A stretch of DNA of 64,000 nt from the human T2T-CHM13v2.0 reference genome, Homo sapiens, in the NCBI RefSeq assembly GCF_009914755.1, contig NC_060948.1; one strand, given 5' to 3'. Positions 25,101-37,259 of this stretch are shown here, in pieces. The first letter of the stretch is position 1; each line of letters opens with the position of its first letter. The notes under the pieces are model-generated. The model saw only the letters and a program-made list of their open reading frames with translations, did no database searches and was not told the origin of the DNA. The position numbers and the translations under genes were made by a program.

Positions 25101-28100
25101 GGAATGGAATGGAACGGAATCAAATGGTATCGAAGTGAATCGAATCTAATGAAATTGATCGGAAAAAATGGAATGGAGTAGAATCGAATAAGATGGATTC
25201 AAAGGCAACAAATAGAATTGAATGGAATGCGGTGAGGTGGAGGGCATTGGAATGGAGTTGAATGGAATGGGGTATAATTGAATTGAATGGAGTGGAGTGG
25301 ATTGTAGTGGACTGGAGTGGAATGGAACGGAATGGGCAGGAATGGAATTGAAAGGGGTGAATTGGAATTGAGTGCTGTGGATTGGAGTAGACTGCATTCT
25401 AGTGGACTGGAGTGGAAAGAAGTGGAGTGGAATGGAATGGAATGCAATGGAGTGGAGTGGAATGGAATGGAGTGGAGTAGAATGGAATTTAATGGAGTGG
25501 AGTGGAATTGAGTGGAATGGAGAGTAATGGAGTGGAGTGGACTGGAGCGAAGTGGAGTGTAGTGCATTGGACTGTAGGGGATTGAAGTGGCTTGGAGTGC
25601 AATGGAGTGGAGTGGAATGGAATGTAATGGAATGGAATGGAATGGAGTGGAATGGAATCGAATCACATGGAACTGAATCAAATCGAATTGAATGAAATTG
25701 AATGGAAAAAATGGAATGAAATGGAATCAAATCGAATGGATTCGAATGACATTGAATGGAATCGAAAGGAATGCAGTGAGGTGGAGTTGAGTGGAGTGGA
25801 GTGGAATGGAATGGGATGAATGGAATTGACTGGAGAGGAGTGGAATGGAATGGAATGGAAAGGAATGGAATTGAACGAAATGGAGTGTAGTAGAATGTAG
25901 TGGATTGGAGTGGAGTGCAGGGGAGTGCAGTGGAATGAAGAGGAGTGTAGTTGAATGGAATGGAATGGTATGGAACGTACTGGAATGGAATGGATAAGAA
26001 TGGAATGGAATGGAATCGCATGGAATTGAATAGAATGAAATCGAATTGAATAGAATCAAAAGGAAAAAATGGAGGCAAATGGAATCGAATGTCATAGAAT
26101 CGAACGGTTTTGAATGTCAGTGAAAGGAAACGAATGGAATGCGATGAAGTGGAGCGGAGCGGAGTGGAAAGGAGTGCAATGGAATAGGGTGGAACAGAAT
26201 TTAATGGAACAGAGTGGATTGGAGTGGACTGGAGTGGAATGGAAAGGGAAGGAATGGGATTGAAAGGAGTGGCGTGCAGTGGAGTGGAGTGGCATGGAGT
26301 GGAGTGGAGTGGAATGGAGTGGAATGGAATGGAGTGGAATGGAGTGGATTGGAATGGAATGGAGTGCAGAGGAATGGAATGGAATGGTATAGAGTGGACA
26401 GGAATGGAGTGGAGTGGATTGGAATGGAATGGAATGTAAGGGAATGGAACTGAATGGACTGGAATGGAATGGAGTAGAATGGAATCACAGGGAATCAAAT
26501 TGGATTGAATCGAATCGAATGGAGAAAATGAAATCAAATGAAATTGAATGGAATCGAATTGAATGTAAACAATGGAATCCAATGGAGTCAAATGGAATCG
26601 AATCAAATGGTTTTGAATGGCATCAAATGAAATGGCATGGAAGGCAGTGAATTGGAGTGGAGTGGAATAGAGAGGAATGAATTGGAATGGAGTGTAGTGG
26701 AATGGAGTGGATTGGATTGGAATGGAATGGAATAGATTGGATTGGAGTGGTGCAGAGTGGAGTGGACTGGAGTGCAGAGGAATGGAGTGGAGTGAAGTCC
26801 AGTTGAGTGGAATGGAATGGAGTGGAGCAGAGTGGAATTCAAAAGAATGAAGTGGATTGGTATGGAATGGAATGGCGTGGAATGGCGTGGAATAGAATGG
26901 AATGGAATCGCATGGAATGATATGAAATCAAATCGAATTGAACGGAAAATTATGAATCCAATGGAATCGAAAGGATTCTAAAGGAATGGATTCGAAAGGC
27001 ATTGAATGGAATGGAAAGGAATGCAGTGAAGTGGAGTGGAGTGGAGTGGAATGTTTTAGAGTGAACTGGGGTGGATTGGAACTCTATGGCGGGGAGTGGA
27101 GTGAAGTGGATTGGAGTGGAATGGAGCGCAATGGACTGGAGTGGAGTGGAATGGATTGGAGTGGAGTGGAGTGCATCGGAGTGGAGTGCTGTGGAGTGGA
27201 CTAGAGTGGGGTGGAGTGGAGTGCATTGGAGTGGAATGGAACGGAGTGGGGTGGAATGGAATGGAATGGAATCAAATCGCATGGTAATGAATCAAATGGA
27301 ATCAAATCGAATGGAAATAATGGAATCGAAGGGAAACGAATGGAATCGAATTGCACTGATTCTACTGACTTCGAGGAAAATGAAATGAAATGCGGTGAAG
27401 TGGAATGGAGGGAATGTATTAGGGTGGAATGGAATTGAATGGTGTGGAGTGGAGTGGAGTGCCCAGGAGTGGAATGGGAAGAAATGGAATTGAACGGAGT
27501 GGAGTGGAGTGGAATGGGGGATAATGGAGTGGAGTAGAGTGGAGTGGAGTAGAGTGGAATGGGTTGGAGTGTAATGCAGAGTACAGGAGTGGAGTGCGGT
27601 GGACTGGAGTGGAGTGGAGTTGAGTGGAGTGGATTGGATTGAAATAGAGCGGAGCAGAGTGGAATGGAATTGAATCACATGGTATTGAATCAAATCGAAT
27701 GGAATTAAATCGAATCAAAAAATGGAATCAAAAGCAAACGAATGGAGTCAAACCTCATTGGTAAAACTGACATCGAAAAATATCAAATGAAATGTGGTGA
27801 AGTGGAGTGGAGTGTAATGAAATGGGGTGGAATGAAATTGAATGGAGTGGAGTGGATTGGAGTCTACTGGAGTGGAATGGAACGGAATGCAAAGGAATGG
27901 AATAGAATGCAGTGAAGTGCAGTGCAGTGAAGTGGAGTGGAAAGGAATGGAATGGAATGGAATGGAATGGAATGGAATGGAACGGAATCAAATGGTATCG
28001 AAGTGAATCGAATCTAATGAAATTGATCGGAAAAAATGGAATGGAGTAGAATCGAATAAGATGGATTCAAAGGCAACAAATAGAATTGAATGGAATGCGG

Positions 28101-28729
28101 TGAGGTGGAGGGCATTGGAATGGAGTTGAATGGAATGGGGTATAATTGAATTGAATGGAGTGGAGTGGATTGCAGTGGACTGGAGTGGAATGGAACGGAA
28201 TGGGCAGGAATGGAATTGAAAGGGGTGAATTGGAATTGAGTGCTGTGGATTGGAGTAGACTGCATTGTAGTGGACTGGAGTGGAAAGAAGTGGAGTGGAA
28301 TGGAATGGAATGCAATGGAGTGGAGTGGAATGGAATGGAGTGGAGTAGAATGGAATTTAATGGAGTGGAGTGGAATTGAGTGGAATGGAGAGTAATGGAG
28401 TGGAGTGGACTGGAGCGAAGTGGAGTGTAGTGCATTGGACTGTAGGGGATTGAAGTGGCTTGGAGTGCAATGGAGTGGAGTGGAATGGAATGTAATGGAA
28501 TGGAATGGAATGGAGTGGAATGGAGTGGAATGGAATCGAATCACATGGAACTGAATCAAATCGAATTGAATGAAATTGAATGGAAAAAATGGAATGAAAT
28601 GGAATCAAATCGAATGGATTCGAATGACATTGAATGGAATCAAAAGGAATGCAGTGAGGTGGAGTTGAGTGAAGTGGAGTGGAATGGAATGGGATGAATG
28701 GAATTGACTGGAGAGGAGTGGAATGGAAT

Positions 28730-31700
28730 GGAATGGAAAGTCATGGATTTGAAAAAAATGGAGTGTAGTAGAATGTAGTGGATTGGAGTGGAGTGCAGGG
28801 GAGTGCAGTGGAATGAAGTGGAGTGTAGTTGAATGGAATGGAATGGTATGTAACGTACAGGAATGGAATGGATAAGAATGGAATGGAATGGAATCGCACG
28901 GAATTGAATAGAATCAAATCGAATTGAATAGAATCAAATGGAAAAATGGAGTCAAATGGAATCGAATGGCATAGAATGGAACGGTTTTGAATGTCAGTGA
29001 ATGGAAACGAATGGAATGCGATGAAGTGGAGCGGAGTGGAGTGGAAAGGAGTGCAATGGAATAGGGTGGAACAGAATTTAATGGTACAGAGTGGATTGGA
29101 GTGTACTGGAGTGGAATGGAATGGGAAGGAATGGGATTGAAAGGAGTGGCGTGCAGTGGAGTGGAGTGGCATGGAGTGGAGTGGAGTGGAATGGAGTGGA
29201 ATGGAATGGAGTGGAATGGAGTGGATTGGAATGGAATGGAGTGCAGAGGAATGGAATGGAATGGTATAGAGTGGACAGGAATGGAGTGGAGTGGATTGGA
29301 ATGGAATGGAATGTAAGGGAATGGAACTGAATGGACTGGAATGGAATGGAATAGAATGGAATCGCAGGGAATCAAATTGGATTGAATCGAATCGAATGGA
29401 AAAAATGAAATCAAATGAAATTGAATGGAATCGAATTGAATGTAAACAATGGGATCCAATGGAATCCAATGGAATCGAATCAAATGGTTTTGAATGGCAT
29501 CAAATGAAATGGCATGGAAGGCAGTGAATTGGAGTGGAGTGGAATAGAGTGGAACGAATTGGAATGGAGTGTAGTGGAATGGCGTGGATTCCATTGGAGT
29601 GGAGTGGATTGGATTGGAATGGAATGGAATAGATTGGATTGGAGTGGTGCAGAGTGGAGTGGACTGGAGTGCAGAGGAATGGAGTGGAGTGAAGTCCAGT
29701 TGAGTGGAATGGAATGGAGTGGAGCAGAGTGGAATGCAATAGAATGAAGTGGAATGGTATGGAATGGAATGTCGAGGAATGACGTGGAATAGAAAGGAAT
29801 GGAATCGCATGGAACGATACCAAATCAAATCGAATCAAACGGAAAATTATGAATCCTATGGAATCGAAAGGATTCTAAAGGAAGGGATTCGAAATGCATT
29901 GAATGGAATGGAAAGGAATGCAGTGGAGTGGAGTGGAGTGGAATGTTTTAGAGTGAACTTGGGTGGATTGGAACTCTATGGAGAGGAGTGGAGTGAAGTG
30001 GATAGGAGTGGAATGGAGTGCAATGGACTGGAGTGGAGTGGAATGGATTGGAGTGGAGTGGAGTGGATCGGAGTGGAGTGCCGTGGAGTGGACTAGAGTG
30101 AGGTGGAGTGGAGTACATTGGAGTGGAATGGAGTGGAGTGGGGTGCAATGGAATGGAATGGCATCAAATCGCATGGTAATGAATCAAATGGAATCAAATG
30201 GAATGGAAATAATGGAATCGAAGGCAAACGAATGGAATCGAATTGCACTGATTCTACTGACTTCGAACAAAATGAAATGAAACGCGGTGAAGTGGAGTGG
30301 AGTGGAATGTATTGGGTGGAATGGAATAGAATGGTGTGGAGTGGAGTGGAGTGCCCAGGAGGGGAACGGGAAGAAATGGAATTGAAGGGAGTGGAGTGGA
30401 GTGGAATGGGGCATAATGGAGTGGAATAGTGTGGAGTGGAGTAGAGTGGAATGGGTTGGAATGGAATGCAGAGGACAGGATTGGAGTGCGTTGGACTGGA
30501 GTGCAGTAGAGTTGAGTGGAGTGGAGTGGATTGAAATAGAGCGGAGCAGAGTGGGATGGAATTGAATCACATGGTATTGAATCAAATCGAATGGAATTAA
30601 ATCGAATGTAAAAATGGAATCAAATGCAAACGAATGGAGTCAAACCACATTGGTTAAACTGACATCGAATAATATCAAAAGAAATGTGGTGAAGTGGAGT
30701 GGAGTGTAACGAAATGGAGTGGAATGAAATTGAATGGAGTGGGGTAGATTGGAGTCTACTGGAGTGGAATAGAATGGAATGGAAAGGAATGGAATAGAAT
30801 GGAGTGAAGTGCAGTGCAGTGAAATGGAGTGGAAAGGAATGGAATGGAATGGAAGCAAATGGAATCGAAGTGAATCGCATCTAATGAAATTGATCGGAAA
30901 AAATGGAATGGAGTAGAATCGAAGAAGATGGATTCAAAAGGCAACAAATAGAATTGAATGGAATGCGGTGAGTTGGAGGGCATTGGAATGGAGTTGAATG
31001 GAATGGGGTGTAATTGAATTGAATGGAGTGGAGTGGATTGTAGTGGACTGGAGTGGAATGGAACGGAATGGGCAGGAATTTAATTGAAAGGGGTGAATTG
31101 GAATTGAGTGCTGTGGATTGGAGTAGACTGCATTGTAGTGGATTGGAGTGGAAAGAAGTGGAGTGGAATGGAATTGAATGCAATGGAGTGGGGTGGAATG
31201 GAATGGAGTGGAGTAGAATGGAATTTAATGGAGTGGAGTGGAATTGAGTGGAATGGAGAGTAATGGAGTGGAGTGGACTGGAGCGAAGTGGAGTGTAGTG
31301 CATTGGACTGTAGGGGATTGAAGTGGCTTGGAGTGCAATGGAGTGGAGTGGAATGGAATGTAATGCCATGGAATGGAATGGAATGGAATGTAGTGGAATG
31401 GAATCGAATCACATGGAACTGAATCAAATCGAATTGAATGAAATTGAATGGAAAAAATGGAATCCAATGGAATCAAATCGAATGGATTCGAATGACATTG
31501 AATGGAATCGAAATGAATGCAGTGAGGTGGAGTTGAGTGGAGTGGAGTGGAATGGAATGGGATGAATGGAATTGACTGGAGAGGAGTGGAATGGAATGGA
31601 ATGGAAAGCAATGGAATTGAACAAAATGGAGTGTAGTAGAATGTAGTGGATTGGAGTGGAGTGCCGGGGAGTGCAGTGAAATGAAGAGGATTGTAGTTGA

Positions 31701-34700
31701 ATGGAATGGAATGGTATGGAACGTACTGGAATGGAATGGATAAGAACGGAATGGAATGGAATCGCATGGAATTGAAAAGAATCAAATCGAATTGAATAGA
31801 ATCAAATGGAAAAAATGGAGGCAAATGGAATCGAATGTCATAGAATCGAACGGTTTTGAATGTCAGTGAATGGAAACGAATGGAATGCGATGAAGTGGAG
31901 CGGAGTGGAGTGGAAAGGAGTGCAATGGAATAGGGTGGAACAGAATTTAATGGAACAGAGTGGATTGGAGTGGACTGGAGTGGAATGGAAAGGGAAGGAA
32001 TGGGATTGAAAAGAGTGGCGTGCAGTGGAGTGGAGTGGCATGGAGTGGAGTGGAGTGGAATGGAGTGGAATGGAATGGAGTGGAATGGAGTGGATTGGAA
32101 TGGAATGGAGTGCAGAGGAATGGAATGGAATGGTATAGAGTGGACAGGAATGGAGTGGAGTGGATTGGAATGGAATGGAATGTAAGGGAATGGAACTGAA
32201 TGGACTGGAATGGAATGGAATAGAATGGAATCGCAGGGAATCAAATTGGATTGAATCGAATCGAATGGAAAAAATGAAAACAAATGAAATTGAATGGAAT
32301 CGAATTGAATGTAAACAATGGAATCCAATGGAGTCAAATGGAATCGAATCAAATGGTTTTGAATGGCATCAAATGAAATGACATGGAAGGCAGTGAATTG
32401 GAGTGGAGTGGAATAGAGAGGAATGAATTGGAATGGAGTGTAGTGGAATGGCGTGGATTCCAGTGGAGTGGAGTGGATTGGATTTGAATGGAATGGAATA
32501 GATTCTATTCGAGTGGTGCAGAGTGGAGTGGACTGGAGTGCAGAGGAATGGAGTGGAGTGAAGTCCAGTTGAGTGGAATGGAATGGAGTGGAGCAGAGTG
32601 GAATGCAAAAGAATGAAGTGGATTGTTATGGAATGGAATGGCGTGGAATGGCGTGGAATAGAATGAAATTAAATCGCATGGAATGATACCAAATCAAATC
32701 GAATCAAACGGAAAATTATGAATCCAATGGAATCGAAAGGATTCTAAAGGAATGGATTCGAAAGGCATTGAATGGAATGTAAAGGAATGCAGTGGAGTGG
32801 AGTGGAGTGGAATGTTTTAGAGTAAACTTGGGTGGATTGGAAATCTATGGAGAGGAGTGCAGTGAAGTGGATTGGAGTGGAATGGAGTGCAATGGACTGG
32901 AGTGGACTGGAATGGATTGGAGTGGAGTGGATTGGATCGGAGCGGAGTGCCGTGGAGTGGACTAGAGTGAGGTGGAGTGGAGTGCATTGGAGTGGAATGG
33001 AGTGGAGTGGGGTGCAACGGAATGGAATGGCATCAAATCGCATGGTAATGAATCAAATGGAATCAAATCGAATGGAAATAATGGAATCGAAGGCAAACGA
33101 ATGGAATCGAATTGCACTGATTCTACTGACTTCGAACAAAATGAAATGAAACGCGCTGAAGTGGAGTGGAGTGGAATGTATTGGGTGGAATGGAATAGAA
33201 TGGTGTGGAGTGGAGTGGAGTGCCCAGGAGTGGAATGGGAAGAAATGGAATTGAACGGAGTGGAGTGGAGTGGAATGGGGCATAATGGAGTGGAATAGTG
33301 TGGAGTGGAGTAGAGTGGAATAGGTTGGAGTGGAATGCAGAGGACAGGATTGGAGTGCGGTGGACTGGAGTGGAGTAGAGTTGAGTGGAGTGGAGTGGAT
33401 TGAAATAGAGCGGAGCAGAGAGGGATGGAATTGAATCACATGGAATTGAATCAAATCGAATGGAATTAAATCGAATGAAAAAATGGAATCAAATGTAAAC
33501 GAATGGAGTCAAACCACATTGGTTAAACTGAGATAGAATAATATCAAAAGAAATGTGGTGAAGTGGAGTGGAGTGTAACGAAATGGAGTGGAATGAAATT
33601 GAATGGAGTGGGGTCGATTGGAGTCTACTGGAGTGGAATGGAATGGAATGGAAAGGAATGGAATAGAATGGAGTGAAGTGTAGTGCAGTGAAATGGAGTG
33701 GAAAGGAATGGAATGGAATGGAATGGAATCAAATGGAATCGAAGTGAATCGAAGCTAATGAAATTGATCAGAAAAAATCGAATGGAGTCGAATCGAATAA
33801 TATGGATTCAAAAGGCAACAAATAGAATGAATGGAATGCGGTGAGTTGGAGGGCAATGGAATGGAGTTGAATGGAATGGCGTGTAATTGAATTGAATGGA
33901 GTGGAGTGGATTGGAGTGGACTGGAGTGGAATGGAACAGAATGGGCAGGAATGGAATTGAAAGGCGTGAATTGTAATTGAGTGCTGTGGATTGGAGTAGA
34001 CTGCATTGTAGTGGATTGCAGTGGAAAGAAGTGGAGTGGAATGGAATGGAAGGCAATGGAGTGGAGGGGAATGGAATGGAGTGGAGTAGAATGGAATTTA
34101 ATGGAGTGGAGTGGAATTGAGTGGAATGGAGAGTAATGGAGTGGAGTGGACTGGAGCGAAGTGGAGTGTAGTGCATTAGACTGTAGGGGATTGAAGTGGC
34201 TTGGAGTGCAATGGAGTGGAGTGGAATGGAATGTAATGGAATGGAATGGAGTGGAATGGAATCGAATCACATGGAACTGAATCAAATCGAATTGAATGAA
34301 ATTGAATGGAAAAAATGGAATGAAATGGAATCAAATCGAATGGATTCGAATGACATTGAATGGAATCGAAAGGAATGCAGTGAGGTGTAGTTGAGTGGAG
34401 TGGAGTGGAATGGAATGGGATGAATGGAATTGACTGGAGAGGAGTGGAATGGAATGGAATGGAAAGGAATGGAATTGAACGAAATGGAGTGTGGTAGAAT
34501 GTAGTGGATTGGAGTGGAGTGCAGGGGAGTGCAGTGGAATGAAGAGGAGTGTAGTTGAATGGAATGGAATGGTATGGAACGTACTGGAATGGAATGGATA
34601 AGAATGGAATGGAATGGAATCGCATAGAATTGAATAGAATGAAATCGAATTGAATAGAATCAAATGGAAAAAATGGAGGCAAATGGAATCGAATGTCATA

Positions 34701-34900
34701 GAATCGAACGGTTTTGAATGTCAGAGAATGGAAACGAATGGAATGCGATGATGTAGAGCGGAGTGGAGTGGAAAGGAGTGCAATGGAATAGGGTGGAAAA
34801 GAATTTAATGGAACAGAGTGGATTGGAGTGGACTGGAGTGGAATGGAATGGGAAGGAATGGGATTGAAAGGAGTGGCGTGCAGTGGAGTGGAGTGGCATG
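28730..34900 (+). repeat. Multi-monomer block, copy 2 (offset +11,502 from copy 1)
   Basis: BamHI site at 29452-29457 and hairpin variant at 32496-32510. Artefact ORFs are identical or near-identical (17412 vs 28914, 21330 vs 32832). Confidence 0.8.
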
Positions 34901-37259
34901 GAGTGGAGTGGAGTGGAATGGAGTGGAATGGAATGGAGTGGAATGGAGTGGATTGGAATGGAATGGAGTGCAGAGGAATGGAATGGAATGGTATAGAGTG
35001 GACAGGAATGGAGTGGAGTGGATTGGAATGGAATGGAATGTAAGGGAATGGAACTGAATGGACTGGAATGGAATGGAATAGAATGGAATCGCATGGAATC
35101 AAATTGGATTGAATCGAATCGAATGGAAAAAATGAAAACAAATGAAATTGAATGGAATCGAATTGAATGTAAACAATGGAATCCAATGGAGTCAAATGGA
35201 ATCGAATCAAATGGTTTTGAATGGCATCAAATGAAATGACATGGAAGGCAGTGAATTGGAGTGGAGTGGAATAGAGAGGAATGAATTGGAATAGAGTGTA
35301 GTGGAATGGCGTGGATTCCAGTGGAGTGGAGTGGATTGGATTTGAATGGAATGGAATAGATTGGATTGGAGTGGTGCAGAGTGGAGTGGACTGGAGTGCA
35401 GAGGAATGGAGTGGAGTGAAGTCCAGTTGAGTGGAATGGAATGGAGTGGAGCAGAGTGGAATGCAAAAGAATGAAGTGGATTGTTATGGAATGGAATGGC
35501 GTGGAATGGCGTGGAATAGAATGAAATTAAATCGCATGGAATGATACCAAATCAAATCGAATCAAACGGAAAATTATGAATCCAATGGAATCGAAAGGAT
35601 TCTAAAGGAATGGATTCGAAAGGCATTGAATGGAATGTAAAGGAATGCAGTGGAGTGGAGTGGAGTGGAATGTTTTAGAGTAAACTTGGGTGGATTGGAA
35701 ATCTATGGAGAGGAGTGGAGTGAAGTGGATTGGAGTGGAATGGAGTGCAATGGACTGGAGTGGACTGGAATGGATTGGAGTGGAGTGGATTGGATCGGAG
35801 CGGAGTGCCGTGGAGTGGACTAGAGTGAGGTGGAGTGGAGTGCATTGGAGTGGAATGGAGTGGAGTGGGGTGCAACGGAATGGAATGGCATCAAATCGCA
35901 TGGTAATGAATCAAATGGAATCAAATCGAATGGAAATAATGGAATCGAAGGCAAACGAATGGAATCGAATTGCACTGATTCTACTGACTTCGAACAAAAT
36001 GAAATGAAACGCGCTGAAGTGGAGTGGAGTGGAATGTATTGGGTGGAATGGAATAGAATGGTGTGGAGTGGAGTGGAGTGCCCAGGAGTGGAATGGGAAG
36101 AAATGGAATTGAACGGAGTGGAGTGGAGTGGAATGGGGCATAATGGAGTGGAATAGTGTGGAGTGGAGTAGAGTGGAATAGGTTGGAGTGGAATGCAGAG
36201 GACAGGATTGGAGTGCGGTGGACTGGAGTGGAGTAGAGTTGAGTGGAGTGGAGTGGATTGAAATAGAGTGCAGCAGAGAGGGATGGAATTGAATCACATG
36301 GAATTGAATCAAATCGAATGGAATTAAATCGAATGAAAAAATGGAATCAAATGTAAACGAATGGAGTCAAACCACATTGGTTAAACTGAGATAGAATAAT
36401 ATCAAAAGAAATGTGGTGAAGTGGAGTGGAGTGTAACGAAATGGAGTGGAATGAAATTGAATGGAGAGGGGTCGATTGGAGTCTAGTGGAGTGGAATGGA
36501 ATGGAATGGAAAGGAATGGAATAGAATGGAGTGAAGTGTAGTGCAGTGAAATGGAGTGGAAAGGAATGGAATGGAATGGAATGGAATCAAATGGAATCGA
36601 AGTGAATCGAAGCTAATGAAATTGATCAGAAAAAATCGAATGGAGTCGAATCGAATAATATGGATTCAAAAGGCAACAAATAGAATGAATGGAATGCGGT
36701 GAGTTGGAGGGCAATGGAATGGAGTTGAATGGAATGGGGTGTAATTGAATTGAATGGAGTGGAGTGGATTGGAGTGGACTGGAGTGGAATGGAACAGAAT
36801 GGGCAGGAATGGAATTGAAAGGCGTGAATTGTAATTGAGTGCTGTGGATTGGAGTAGACTGCATTGTAGTGGATTGCAGTGGAAAGAAGTGGAGTGGAAT
36901 GGAATGGAAGGCAATGGAGTGGAGGGGAATGGAATGGAGTGGAGTAGAATGGAATTTAATGGAGTGGAGTGGAATTGAGTGGAATGGAGAGTAATGGAGT
37001 GGAGTGGACTGGAGCGAAGTGGAGTGTAGTGCATTAGACTGTAGGGGATTGAAGTGGCTTGGAGTGCAATGGAGTGGAGTGGAATGGAATGTAATGTAAT
37101 GGAATGGAATGGAATGGAATGGAATGGAGTGGAATGGAATCGAATCACATGGAACTGAATCAAATCGAATTGAATGAAATTGAATGGAAAAAATGGAATG
37201 AAATGGAATCAAATCGAATGGATTCGAATGACATTGAATGGAATCGAAAGGAATGCAGT

